From IMG/VR virus record IMGVR_UViG_3300008267_005860: a stretch of DNA of 64,000 nucleotides. One strand, given 5' to 3'. Numbering within the stretch: position 1 is the first letter of the stretch; each line of letters starts with the position of its first letter. Source of the DNA: an uncultured virus (IMG/VR IMGVR_UViG_3300008267_005860) (taxonomy: Duplodnaviria > Heunggongvirae > Uroviricota > Caudoviricetes). A model generated the notes under the pieces. It saw only the letters and a list, made by a program, of their open reading frames with translations, made no database searches and had not been told where the DNA came from. Of this stretch, positions 55,061-64,000 are shown piece by piece. Made by a program: the position numbers and the translations under genes.

Positions 55061-55540
55061 ATGACAGAATTTCAAGCTAAACCTATTGTAGATGGAAAAT
55101 TTTGGATCGTTGAACAAAACGGTGAAAAGATCGGTACGCTATCTAAAAAAGAAAATAATAGATTTGTTTTGAGTAGCAAAGATGGTTCAAGTTTCTTTGG
55201 TAAAAAGGAAGAAATTATCAAAGCATTTGGTAAGGATTTTTTTCAAGCAAAGATTAAAACTACCATGAGTAACGAGGTAGTAAGAGATGTTTACAGTTAT
55301 CCGACTAGCTGCCATCCTTACAATCCAATGTTTAATGTTCAAAAGAAGTTACCGTTGTTTACAAAGAGTCCGGATAGTAAAAGTCTTTACTGTGCAGGAT
55401 ACTATGTAATTAGATTTGATAAAGGCTGGGTTAAGAGCTTCTGTCCAAAGCTAATTACTATTGAACGTTACGAAAACAAAGGTCCGTTTAAAACAGAATT
55501 AGAAATGAAACAGGTGCTATCAAATGCCAGATCCGATTAA
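55061..55540 (+). CDS. Hypothetical phage protein
   Basis: AAGGA RBS before ATG 55061. Confidence 0.7.
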   Translation: MTEFQAKPIVDGKFWIVEQNGEKIGTLSKKENNRFVLSSKDGSSFFGKKEEIIKAFGKDFFQAKIKTTMSNEVVRDVYSYPTSCHPYNPMFNVQKKLPLFTKSPDSKSLYCAGYYVIRFDKGWVKSFCPKLITIERYENKGPFKTELEMKQVLSNARSD

Positions 55541-55757
55541 TACTATTCCTATTCAGCAGTTTATACAGCAGGTAAAGGCCGCTGAACTAGGACAGCAACG
55601 TGAAATAAAGCTAGATATTAAAAATGCTAAACTATTGGCACTTTGTCTGGCAGAAGTAAGTGCTAAACTACTAGAAAATTACGACGGATTACTGAATAAA
55701 ATGCAGGCTGCTCAATCCGAGGAAATTGTAATTAAGCTAGACGGTGGCGGTCTATAA
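55524..55757 (+). CDS. Hypothetical protein
   Basis: AGGTG RBS. Confidence 0.65.
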   Translation: MPDPINTIPIQQFIQQVKAAELGQQREIKLDIKNAKLLALCLAEVSAKLLENYDGLLNKMQAAQSEEIVIKLDGGGL

Positions 55758-55766
55758 CTAAAAACG

Positions 55767-55800
55767 GATAAATATATGCGTAGTTAAAAGGACGCATATA
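55767..55800 (+). promoter_or_regulatory. Late-like GATAAATA overlapping a 9-bp hairpin over the RBS region
   Basis: TATATGCGT (55773-55781) / ACGCATATA (55792-55800). Confidence 0.65.
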
Positions 55801-55802
55801 AC

Positions 55803-56087
55803 ATGAGTAGGCCAAAACCAAAAGTTTTGCTCGAATATACAAATAAAAAAACGTATAAGACAGAACAAGTATTAGATTCAGAAGCTATATGGGCTGTGTT
55901 TTACAAAAATCAGCCATTTAATCTCAAAAGCTTTAATAGCCTCACCAGCTATCCTGGACCAAAATACAAAAAAGTAAGTTTCTCCAATCCTGGACATGCT
56001 ATTAATCTAGCCAAGAAGCTGAATAGAATGTTTAACAGTGACGATTTCCAAGTGGTCAAACTGACTGCTGGTGAAATACTTAAATGA
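55803..56087 (+). CDS. Basic hypothetical phage protein
   Basis: MSRPKP...YPGPKYKKVSFSNPGHA. Confidence 0.75.
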   Translation: MSRPKPKVLLEYTNKKTYKTEQVLDSEAIWAVFYKNQPFNLKSFNSLTSYPGPKYKKVSFSNPGHAINLAKKLNRMFNSDDFQVVKLTAGEILK

Positions 56088-56482
56088 TATCTAGAGAAAC
56101 ATTTACTAAAATTTTCCTTAAGGAGATGAGTCGTAGTACGGACGAAGCAAATGTACGGCTGCATCTTCACAAATGGTGGCAAAGTAAACGAACCAAAGAG
56201 GGTGGCGGGTTACGTTTAAGTTTAGAAGGCTACGAATTCATAGTGAGCGAACTAAATCTAAAAGAATACGAAATTCCATTTAACGAAAAAATTGAACTGA
56301 GTCCTCAAACTATAATATTTTTTGATCAGTTTTTGGACAGTCCTTATTTTTTAACCAATCAAAGTCTTACCGTTTTCAACGAGAAAAAGGCATTTGAGCT
56401 ATATATGTTTTCGGACGACATTCGAAAATACGGGCTAATCAAAGCTATAAACAATCAAAAAGATATCGCCCAAACTGACTAA
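56084..56482 (+). CDS. Hypothetical protein
   Basis: ATGA coupling. Confidence 0.7.
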   Translation: MISRETFTKIFLKEMSRSTDEANVRLHLHKWWQSKRTKEGGGLRLSLEGYEFIVSELNLKEYEIPFNEKIELSPQTIIFFDQFLDSPYFLTNQSLTVFNEKKAFELYMFSDDIRKYGLIKAINNQKDIAQTD

Positions 56483-56498
56483 AAACTCCAAAAAGGCG

Positions 56499-56527
56499 TT
56501 GACAACTAGATGCAACGGCAGTATAAT
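56499..56527 (+). promoter_or_regulatory. Consensus sigma70 promoter TTGACA-N17-TATAAT
   Basis: -35 at 56499-56504, -10 at 56522-56527; A-rich upstream. Confidence 0.88.
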
Positions 56528-56580
56528 AGATACATAGAACAGTTAGTTCTATAAAGTTTTTAACCTAACTAGGAGTTTTT

Positions 56581-57672
56581 ATGAGCGAGATTAGTTCACG
56601 TACCGTTGGCCCAAAGGCCGCAAAAAAGAGTCTGCGTCGTGCCTTTAAAGCCAATCGTCCGTTGTTCCTTTGGGGCCCCCCGGGTATTGGCAAGTCTGAT
56701 ATTGTCAAACAAATGGGCGAGGAACTCGACGCTCATGTAATTGATATCCGTTTGAGTCTTTGGGAACCCACTGACATTAAAGGTATCCCCTATTTTAATT
56801 CTGAGTCCAATCGTATGGAATGGGCTCCTCCTATCGAATTGCCAGATGCAGAGTTGGCAGCAAAACATGACAAGATCATTTTGTTCATGGACGAAATGAA
56901 CTCTGCGGCTCCTGCTGTGCAGGCGGCGGCCTATCAGTTAGTGTTGAATCGTCGTGTTGGTACTTACCGCTTGCCTGACAACGTGCTCATCGTTGCCGCA
57001 GGTAACCGTGAAACTGACAAAGGTGTTACTTATCGTATGCCTGCTCCGTTGGCTAACCGCTTTGTTCACTTGGAAATGAAAGTAGACTGGGAAGATTACT
57101 TCCAGTGGGCTACTGACAATCGTATCCACAAGGATGTTGTTGGCTTCCTTACTTTCAGCAAGAAAGACCTCTACGACTTTGACCCAAAGGCTGCTTCACG
57201 TGCCTTTGCTACTCCCCGTTCATGGACCTTTGTATCCGAGCTGTTGTTTGATGACGATGAAGACGAAGGCACTTTGACTGACTTGGTAGCAGGTGCAGTT
57301 GGTGAAGGTCTTGCTGTTAAGTTCATGGCTCACCGCAAGATTGCAAGTAAGCTGCCTGATCCTACTCACATCTTAAAAGGCAAGGTAAAGAAGATGGACA
57401 CTAAAGAAATTAGTGCCATGTACTCTTTGACTGTTAGCCTATGCTACGAATTGAAAGATTCTGCAGATAAGAATGCCAAAGATTGGAATGACCAAGTTAA
57501 CTACTTCTTCGAATTTATGATGAATAACTTTGAAACTGAATTGGTTGTTATGGGTACTAAACTTGCACTTACTCAATATCAATTGCCTTTGGATCCAGAT
57601 GAGATCAAATGCTTTGATGACTTCCATGCCAAATACGGTCGCTTCATTGCTGCCGCTACTGAAAAGCGTTAA
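56581..57672 (+). CDS. MoxR-like AAA+ ATPase
   Basis: GPPGIGKS, FMDEMN, AAGN, PLANRF, TPRSW. Confidence 0.88.
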   Translation: MSEISSRTVGPKAAKKSLRRAFKANRPLFLWGPPGIGKSDIVKQMGEELDAHVIDIRLSLWEPTDIKGIPYFNSESNRMEWAPPIELPDAELAAKHDKIILFMDEMNSAAPAVQAAAYQLVLNRRVGTYRLPDNVLIVAAGNRETDKGVTYRMPAPLANRFVHLEMKVDWEDYFQWATDNRIHKDVVGFLTFSKKDLYDFDPKAASRAFATPRSWTFVSELLFDDDEDEGTLTDLVAGAVGEGLAVKFMAHRKIASKLPDPTHILKGKVKKMDTKEISAMYSLTVSLCYELKDSADKNAKDWNDQVNYFFEFMMNNFETELVVMGTKLALTQYQLPLDPDEIKCFDDFHAKYGRFIAAATEKR

Positions 57673-57689
57673 TTTGGTTGTGGTACCAT

Positions 57690-57718
57690 TTGACAGGACC
57701 TTCGGGTCCTGTTATAAT
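57690..57718 (+). promoter_or_regulatory. Consensus sigma70 promoter whose spacer is a UUCG hairpin
   Basis: TTGACA 57690-57695, TATAAT 57713-57718; ACAGGACC-TTCG-GGTCCTGT. Confidence 0.85.
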
Positions 57719-57744
57719 ATATACTGTATAAACAGGAGCAAATT

Positions 57745-58914
57745 ATGACTCAACTAGATCCAGTTATTGACAAAATTGTAGTAGCCCGTGTAGGACTGCT
57801 ACTTCGTCATCCGTTCTTTGGCAACATGGCTACTCGTCTTAAAATTGAGGAAGCCAGTGATTGGTGTATGACTGCCGCTACAGACGGACGCCACTTGTAT
57901 TTTAATCGCGAGTTTTTTGAAAAGATGAGCGTTAAAGAAGTTGAGTTCGTAGTAGCTCATGAAATTCTTCACAATGTATTTGAGCATATGATGCGAGTTG
58001 AAGGACGCGATCCTCGCATTTGGAATGCGGCCGCAGATTATAGTGTTAACGGTACCCTTGTTCGTGATCGCATTGGCGACAGTCCTAAAGGTATTAAAAT
58101 TTTCCATGATCCTAAACACTATGGTAAAAGTACAGAACAGATCTATGACGAGATCTATAACGACTTGGACGAGCAAGAACTTGCCGCACTGGGTCAACTG
58201 TTAGACGAACACATTGATTGGGAAAAAGACGGCAAGGATGGTCGCCCACAATACAGCAAAGATGAACTTAAAAAGATCCGTGACGAAATTAAAGAGCAGA
58301 TGATGCAGGCTGCTCAGGCAGCGGGTGCAGGAAATACTCCTGCAGAGATCCAACGCATGATCCGCGAATTGACTGAGCCTAAAATGAATTGGCGTGAAAT
58401 TCTTCGCCAGCAAATTCAAAGTACTATCAAGAATGACTATACCTTTATGCGTCCTAATCGTAAAGCATGGCACATGAATGCTATTTTGCCAGGCACTAAC
58501 TACGATGAAACTATTGACATTTGTATTGCTATTGATATGAGTGGATCAATCGGCGATGACCAAGCTAAAGATTTTATTTCAGAAATCAAAGGCATTATGG
58601 ACGAGTACAAAGACTATAAGATTAAACTGTGGTGCTTTGATACCAAAGTCTACAATGAACAAGACTTTGACGGCTACGGCGACGACATTATGGAATATGA
58701 AGTAATGGGCGGTGGTGGTACTGAATTTGATGCAAACTGGGACTATATGAAAGAGCACGATATCAGTCCTAAAAAGTTTATCATGTTTACAGACGGTTAT
58801 CCTTGGGGTAGCTGGGGTGATGAAAATTACTGTGATACTGTATTCATTATCCATGGCAATGATAAAATTGTACCGCCATTTGGCGCTTATGCCTACTACG
58901 AGTCAAAAAATTAA
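57745..58914 (+). CDS. DUF2201-like metallopeptidase-vWA protein, MoxR partner
   Basis: TAATDG, HEILH (HExxH), DMSGS MIDAS, GGGT, FTDG. Confidence 0.85.
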   Translation: MTQLDPVIDKIVVARVGLLLRHPFFGNMATRLKIEEASDWCMTAATDGRHLYFNREFFEKMSVKEVEFVVAHEILHNVFEHMMRVEGRDPRIWNAAADYSVNGTLVRDRIGDSPKGIKIFHDPKHYGKSTEQIYDEIYNDLDEQELAALGQLLDEHIDWEKDGKDGRPQYSKDELKKIRDEIKEQMMQAAQAAGAGNTPAEIQRMIRELTEPKMNWREILRQQIQSTIKNDYTFMRPNRKAWHMNAILPGTNYDETIDICIAIDMSGSIGDDQAKDFISEIKGIMDEYKDYKIKLWCFDTKVYNEQDFDGYGDDIMEYEVMGGGGTEFDANWDYMKEHDISPKKFIMFTDGYPWGSWGDENYCDTVFIIHGNDKIVPPFGAYAYYESKN

Positions 58915-59192
58915 TGGCACTAAAAAACGGTAAAGTAAATCCACTTAATGCTCTGGGCTTGCGGAAGGTTAACTTCCCAGCCCATCATTTTCACTATACT
59001 GCACACAATAGATATACACCAACTGTTGTGAAGATGCTAGACACGTGGATATATCATAATCTTAACGGAAGATACTATGTAGGGCAATCAATTGACTTGA
59101 TTGACAATACAATAGTATTCACTACTAAAGTTGGATTTGAGCAAGAAAAAGAACTCAGTTTTTTCAGACTTGCCTGTCCACATTTAACTTAA
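58914..59192 (+). CDS. Hypothetical protein
   Basis: TAATG coupling. Confidence 0.65.
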   Translation: MALKNGKVNPLNALGLRKVNFPAHHFHYTAHNRYTPTVVKMLDTWIYHNLNGRYYVGQSIDLIDNTIVFTTKVGFEQEKELSFFRLACPHLT

Positions 59193-59234
59193 TAGATAAA
59201 TTATAAGCATATATAATTGATGTAAGGAGATATC

Positions 59235-59447
59235 ATGACTGAAGAAGTTACTAATGTAGAAAACAATACACCAGCTGAGTCTGCACAACTGACACTCAAT
59301 GATTTGGCAGCACTTAAAAGTATTATTGATGTTGCTTCGTCTAGAGGCGCATTTAAGCCAAATGAAATGGTTGCAGTTGGACAAGCATACAATAAGCTAA
59401 CCAGCTTTTTAGATACAATTTCTAAACAACCACAAGGAGTCAAATAA
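59235..59447 (+). CDS. Small helical protein, paralog 1
   Basis: LTLNDL...IIDVASSRGAFK; AAGGAG RBS. Confidence 0.8.
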   Translation: MTEEVTNVENNTPAESAQLTLNDLAALKSIIDVASSRGAFKPNEMVAVGQAYNKLTSFLDTISKQPQGVK

Positions 59448-59683
59448 TGACTGACGAAGCTCAAGCAGTAGATCAAACTGAAGTACCACAAGCACCGGCT
59501 GCTAATCCAGAATTAACAATCTCTGATTTAGCCGCTATTAAAAATTTAATCGATGTAGTCACTACACGAGGTGCATTTAAAGGTGAAGAACTTTCCAGCG
59601 TAGGCGTTTTATACGACAAGCTCAACAAGTTTTTAACTGCCGTTCAAGCACAGGCACAGCAACAAACTGCTGAGTCAAATTAA
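59447..59683 (+). CDS. Small helical protein, paralog 2
   Basis: LTISDL...LIDVVTTRGAFK; AAGGAG RBS. Confidence 0.8.
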   Translation: MTDEAQAVDQTEVPQAPAANPELTISDLAAIKNLIDVVTTRGAFKGEELSSVGVLYDKLNKFLTAVQAQAQQQTAESN

Positions 59684-59692
59684 GGAGATATT

Positions 59693-60343
59693 ATGGTAGA
59701 TCTTAAACACGTAGGTAGAATAAAAGCCACAGGAAGAAAATGTCTTGTAGCTTTTAGAACTTTACCCGGTGATGCATATCACTGCCTAGTAGTACCAACA
59801 GAAAACTTACCTGATGATTATCACGATGCACTTATTCAATTAGTTGAATCTGCATCCGGGCAAAGTTCTAACGAATTTGCTGAAGTACTTTCTCGAGCCA
59901 AATTCTCAGACGGTAGTACTATGCTGCCTGCGTTACACACGCAAGGTCGTCTAGTTCGACTACCAACTGATGCAATCGAAATGACACCTAACTTCCAAGC
60001 AAAGATTGGATTAGACGAGTTGAACGCAGTTATTGCTCAACAACGAGGCGTGGCTATTGATGATTTAGCAGTTAAAGAGCTTAACAGTAATAAGGTCGAA
60101 GTGTCTGAGATTGCCACAGTCAAGGATATATCCAACAACACTAGTAATGACAATGTCGCAAGAACAACATCTGCTAGCGTTACCCAAGATGAACAACCAG
60201 CAGTAAATGCTCTAAACGAAAATGCACCAGCCGAAGAAAAGGCAAAATTCTATCGAGGCAAGGCGGATAAATTGGCCAAAGAAGCAGCTCAATTTAGACG
60301 AATGGCCGAAGAACTTGTCCCCACTAAAAAGAAAAGTGCGTAA
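59693..60343 (+). CDS. Hypothetical phage protein
   Basis: AAGGAG RBS; LKHVGR N-terminus. Confidence 0.75.
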   Translation: MVDLKHVGRIKATGRKCLVAFRTLPGDAYHCLVVPTENLPDDYHDALIQLVESASGQSSNEFAEVLSRAKFSDGSTMLPALHTQGRLVRLPTDAIEMTPNFQAKIGLDELNAVIAQQRGVAIDDLAVKELNSNKVEVSEIATVKDISNNTSNDNVARTTSASVTQDEQPAVNALNENAPAEEKAKFYRGKADKLAKEAAQFRRMAEELVPTKKKSA

Positions 60344-60653
60344 TGGGAAACCACTGCCCAAAGATGTAATAGATATATGGCCAGAAGTGTTTGGTGAGAT
60401 TACATGTAATGTACTTCCACTGACATACTTGCATACTATAACTATTACATTTAAAAATGCAAAAGTTTGGGAAATAAGAGCTAATAAAATTATGACTGAC
60501 GATTGGGATTCCTTTGAATCCCACATCAAAGAAATAATTAAAGAATACGAATCAAATATTGAAAATATAGATTTTCGGCTCGACACAGACAGAATTAAAA
60601 AAGACATTACTAGACATACTAAACGTTTTTTAAATAAAAGAAAGTTAAAATGA
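60336..60653 (+). CDS. Hypothetical protein
   Basis: Probable GTG start at 60336 overlapping the previous stop. Confidence 0.6.
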   Translation: MRNGKPLPKDVIDIWPEVFGEITCNVLPLTYLHTITITFKNAKVWEIRANKIMTDDWDSFESHIKEIIKEYESNIENIDFRLDTDRIKKDITRHTKRFLNKRKLK

Positions 60654-61330
60654 AAGTCAGACTCGTTTCATATAGTCAACCTACAGAAGAATTTCGCAAT
60701 CAAAACATCAACGATGCACTAGATCTAGTAGCATTTTGTGCGAGAGTAAGTAATCCTAGTAATCAATTTAACACAGAGACTAGCGAAAAACTCATCAAAT
60801 ATTTGATCAAACACCAACATTGGTCGCCACTCGAAATGGTTTCAGTTTGTATTGAAATTGAAACCACTAGAGATATTGCCCGACAAGTTCTGCGTCATAG
60901 AAGTTTTAGCTTCCAAGAGTTTAGTCAACGATATGCGGATCCAACTAAAGAAATTGGCGAAGCATTTACTCTGCGTGAAGCACGTTTTCAAGATAGTAAA
61001 AATCGTCAAAACTCTGTTGAGTTTGACATGCAAGACGAACAACAAAAATTATTGGCCTACGAATGGGAACGTGCTCAGAAGCGTGTTTTATATGCTGTAG
61101 AAAAAGAATACAAATGGGCTATTGCTAACGGCATTGCTAAAGAACAAGCCCGTGCATTATTGCCCGAAGGTCTTACAATGAGTCGTATGTATATGAATGG
61201 TACTCTGCGTAGCTGGATGCACTACATTGAATTACGTAGTGCTAATGGTACGCAAAAAGAACATATGGAAATTGCTCAAATTTGCGGTCAAGTAATTGCA
61301 GAAATATTTCCGTTGTCTAAATCACTGTAA
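60650..61330 (+). CDS. thyX: Flavin-dependent thymidylate synthase
   Basis: HWSPLE, RQVLRHRSFSFQEFSQRY, EQAR.LLP, QKEH. Confidence 0.95.
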   Translation: MKVRLVSYSQPTEEFRNQNINDALDLVAFCARVSNPSNQFNTETSEKLIKYLIKHQHWSPLEMVSVCIEIETTRDIARQVLRHRSFSFQEFSQRYADPTKEIGEAFTLREARFQDSKNRQNSVEFDMQDEQQKLLAYEWERAQKRVLYAVEKEYKWAIANGIAKEQARALLPEGLTMSRMYMNGTLRSWMHYIELRSANGTQKEHMEIAQICGQVIAEIFPLSKSL

Positions 61331-62217
61331 TGTTGCACATTATCTGATTTTCTAGTTATATTAAAATTAAATGTTTTAAACCATTTACTTTGAATAGCTG
61401 TTAACGGATCATCTATGGGAAGCTCGTGTTTAATGAGGTTCCCAATTTTTTTGGCTAGTTCTAAAGGATCTTCACCTTTAACTCTATCATAGAAGAATGC
61501 ATTGAGATAATCAAAGTTTCGAACATTGATAAAATTCCAATCAGTAAAGTGTGTCATGTAGCAGCCTTGGCGAGCTCCTAGTATACTCCAAATACCGTGT
61601 TCTACATCTGCACCTACCATTGACCAAATACCTAACCTTTGATAATTACCCGGCCATACATCTTTTAAATGTTTGACTCGTTGGCCTTGCTCTAGACTCA
61701 TTTTTACACCTTCACGGAATCCTGCTCTCCATGCTTGTAGGGCACTGCCGTTATTGTGTATCTCACTGAAACTTTTATCCAGTGGCAAATATTCTAAATC
61801 CCAACAAAAGTCTATTTGACTTTTAACATTGTCAGCGTCAGCAAGTTCGTGTGTACGCATACCTTCTACTACATGTCTTGGCCAACATTTAATGCCACCA
61901 TTGCCGTACATGAGTCCGTTGATAACATTATAACTAGGCCAACTGATTACACAATTTTCAAAATTAATATCGTTAGGAACTTCTATTACTTGATTAAGAA
62001 ACTTTCCTGTAAGTACATTGTCTCCGTCTATAGTAATAAATCTATCAGTTGTGGATAACTTTGCCGCGGCTTTGTGTGCGGCATCTGAACCCTTAACTCC
62101 ATGTACTCTTTTGGCCCAAGGTATTTTATTACACAAGGCAGCATAGTTACGATCAGCGTTAGGCTCATCGTAACTAATATAGATTACATCGTATTCACTT
62201 ACTGTTATTTTTCTCAT
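61288..62217 (-). CDS. Glycosyltransferase-like (GT-A, DxD) protein
   Basis: ISYDEPNAD, RVHGVKG...AH, FITIDGDN; homologous to the C-terminal domain of the neighbour. Confidence 0.6.
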   Translation of the reverse strand: MRKITVSEYDVIYISYDEPNADRNYAALCNKIPWAKRVHGVKGSDAAHKAAAKLSTTDRFITIDGDNVLTGKFLNQVIEVPNDINFENCVISWPSYNVINGLMYGNGGIKCWPRHVVEGMRTHELADADNVKSQIDFCWDLEYLPLDKSFSEIHNNGSALQAWRAGFREGVKMSLEQGQRVKHLKDVWPGNYQRLGIWSMVGADVEHGIWSILGARQGCYMTHFTDWNFINVRNFDYLNAFFYDRVKGEDPLELAKKIGNLIKHELPIDDPLTAIQSKWFKTFNFNITRKSDNVQHYSDLDNGNISAIT

Positions 62218-64000
62218 TTAAAAATTGCTCGTATAACCAATCAAAGTCATTAATCTTAAATAAGTTCTCTGGATGTTCTGTAGCAAACTTACGTCCGGCG
62301 AGTGCGCCTTTTATGGCAAATTCACCATAGGGCTTGTCTGCACCTTCTGTACACCATACATTCAAACGTTCTTCAGTTTCTGCATCTACCTGACGATCAA
62401 TTGTTTTACCTGCTAGTTTAGCACATTCACGGAATGCTGACTTCCAAGTTGAAAACTCATCTGTGTTAAAAGAAGTTATGTTACTGACCACTTGAACAGG
62501 TTTAAACTTGTCACTGATACTGGTTGTCATATCGGGACGAGTTACATCCATATCTAATGTAAGTTGTCTAGGCAATAGTTTAACACCACCGTAACCGTAG
62601 ACTAGATTATTAACTGGGTTTTGACTGCGCCATACATGTACAGTATCATGTTCCCATACAGGTATTTCATAGTCAAACTTGAAGTCATCAACTACAACTG
62701 CGTCACCGTCAACTACCCAGAAGTTATCTGTACCTGCCTGTTCGGCTGCTTTGATGTGTGCCTGGTGAATGCCTTTAACTCCATGTACACGTTTGACTCT
62801 TGGATATAGTGTTTTAACTCTATCAAAGTTTTCGTCAGCATTACTTTCGTTATAACTGATAAACACAATGTCATAGGGTTTAACTTTACTGGCTGTGATA
62901 TCCCATTCTTTCTTTTCTACAATATAACGGAATGTGATTTCTTTTTCAGTAATTGGAACATGCTTGCTCATTAAGTTAATACCATTATAGTTTTCTTCAC
63001 CTCTAAATAGGTGTTTAAAACTGTGATTCATATTTCTGTCATAGGTATTGTGATGACTAAAATATGTATCAAAGGCAAATGTATCAAGAGGCTCTACTTC
63101 ACTAGGTACCATCCAGAACAAGTCAGTAGTTGATTTTTCTAATGCTGTTAGATAATCTCTATATGTAGTTACTGTAAATGTATCATATTTCTTTGGATAG
63201 CTAGCTACTAATTCTATTTCTTTCTTTTCACTAAAGAATCTATACTTAAATTCTTTTTCAGATACTAGTACATCCTTGCTGAACAAACAGATACCATCCC
63301 AATGTTCTCCGTTTTTAAATATGTGAGTAATGTGTTGATTATATCGTGGAACATAGTAGTCGAAGTCAAAGTCTTCAACTACGTCAACGTCAGTCCATAT
63401 ACCCCAGAACATATTAGATTCAGATAAATCACATGCTTGAACATAATCTTTGTATGTAGAAATATTGAACTTATCGAACATTTTAGGTCTACTAGCCAAC
63501 TCCATCCATTCTTTGCGATCAGTTAGATATCTAAAATTAAATTCTTTTTCTGAAATAAGTTTTTTCTTACTAGCAAGTATAACTCCGTCATAGGTATCAC
63601 CGTTTTTAAATACGTGATTTTCTTCTCTATCGTAACTGTTATGATAGCTAAAATAAAGATCAAAGTTAAACCCATTGACAATTTCAACATCGTTAGGTAC
63701 TATCCAGAACAAATCAGTATTTGAAGTTTCAACAGCATTGAGATATTCTGAATACTTGTTAATATAGAATATGTCATACGGTTTAGGAGTACTAGCTACT
63801 AATTCTATTTCTTTCTTTTCACTAAAGAATCTATAATTAAATTCTCGTTCAGTAACTAACTCATGTTTTGACATCAAGCATATACCGTCCCAGTGCTCGT
63901 CATTTTTAAATACGTGAGTGATGTGTTGATTGTAACGTGGAACATAGTAGTCAAAGTCAAAGTCTTCAACTAAATCTATATCATACCAAACACACCAAAA
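62195..64000 (-). CDS. Glycosyltransferase-like protein with tandem ~100-aa repeats; 5' end outside the window
   Basis: Frame appears open to the window edge; repeats FW...DV...F.FD...H.FKNG..YDG; terminal domain FWVVDGD. Confidence 0.65.
   Translation of the reverse strand, partial: FWCVWYDIDLVEDFDFDYYVPRYNQHITHVFKNDEHWDGICLMSKHELVTEREFNYRFFSEKKEIELVASTPKPYDIFYINKYSEYLNAVETSNTDLFWIVPNDVEIVNGFNFDLYFSYHNSYDREENHVFKNGDTYDGVILASKKKLISEKEFNFRYLTDRKEWMELASRPKMFDKFNISTYKDYVQACDLSESNMFWGIWTDVDVVEDFDFDYYVPRYNQHITHIFKNGEHWDGICLFSKDVLVSEKEFKYRFFSEKKEIELVASYPKKYDTFTVTTYRDYLTALEKSTTDLFWMVPSEVEPLDTFAFDTYFSHHNTYDRNMNHSFKHLFRGEENYNGINLMSKHVPITEKEITFRYIVEKKEWDITASKVKPYDIVFISYNESNADENFDRVKTLYPRVKRVHGVKGIHQAHIKAAEQAGTDNFWVVDGDAVVVDDFKFDYEIPVWEHDTVHVWRSQNPVNNLVYGYGGVKLLPRQLTLDMDVTRPDMTTSISDKFKPVQVVSNITSFNTDEFSTWKSAFRECAKLAGKTIDRQVDAETEERLNVWCTEGADKPYGEFAIKGALAGRKFATEHPENLFKINDFDWLYEQFLNEKNNSK

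Noticed and set aside
197..61100. Many short minus-strand and nested ORFs in the track
   Set aside because: They lie opposite or within well-supported genes, lack RBSs and are typical shadow ORFs.
1..64000. tRNA, rRNA, integrase or transposase genes
   Set aside because: No cloverleaf with T/D-loop consensus seen in the few intergenic gaps and no recombinase motifs recognised; by-eye scan only.

Overview
AT-rich, densely coding fragment of a large (jumbo-type) T4-superfamily-like tailed phage, almost all on the + strand. The host is probably a Gram-negative proteobacterium (spanin pair, ClpA, 7Fe ferredoxin, sigma70 promoters); this is inference. Gene order: (1-16.9 kb) tail/baseplate genes, including two tandem subtilisin-like proteases. 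(17-22 kb) DnaE-like fragment, GroES, MazG-like enzyme, clamp loader, ferredoxin, dCMP deaminase, PhoH. (23-26 kb) lysis cassette. (26-30 kb) DnaJ-Def-ClpA. (30.5-38 kb) probable head-packaged proteins, Dps and a candidate structured RNA. (38-42 kb) family B DNA polymerase and clamp. (42-54 kb) 7-deazaguanine-type cluster (TGT/DpdA-like, T-fold, FolE, QueE) mixed with a glycosyltransferase, sugar dehydrogenase, PRTase, cupin and HIT protein. (54-61 kb) 5'-3' exonuclease, MoxR/vWA pair, ThyX. (61-64 kb) two minus-strand glycosyltransferase-like genes. Two promoter classes are readable: TTGACA-N17-TATAAT and a T4-late-like TAAATA motif. Best leads: a possible new DNA hypermodification pathway; three identically spaced leaderless promoters; RBS-occluding hairpins built around late promoters; a twin-hairpin operator before the polymerase; a pseudoknotted ncRNA candidate; and a blue-copper-like domain inserted in a virion protease. 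All assignments come from motif recognition by eye; no searches were run.
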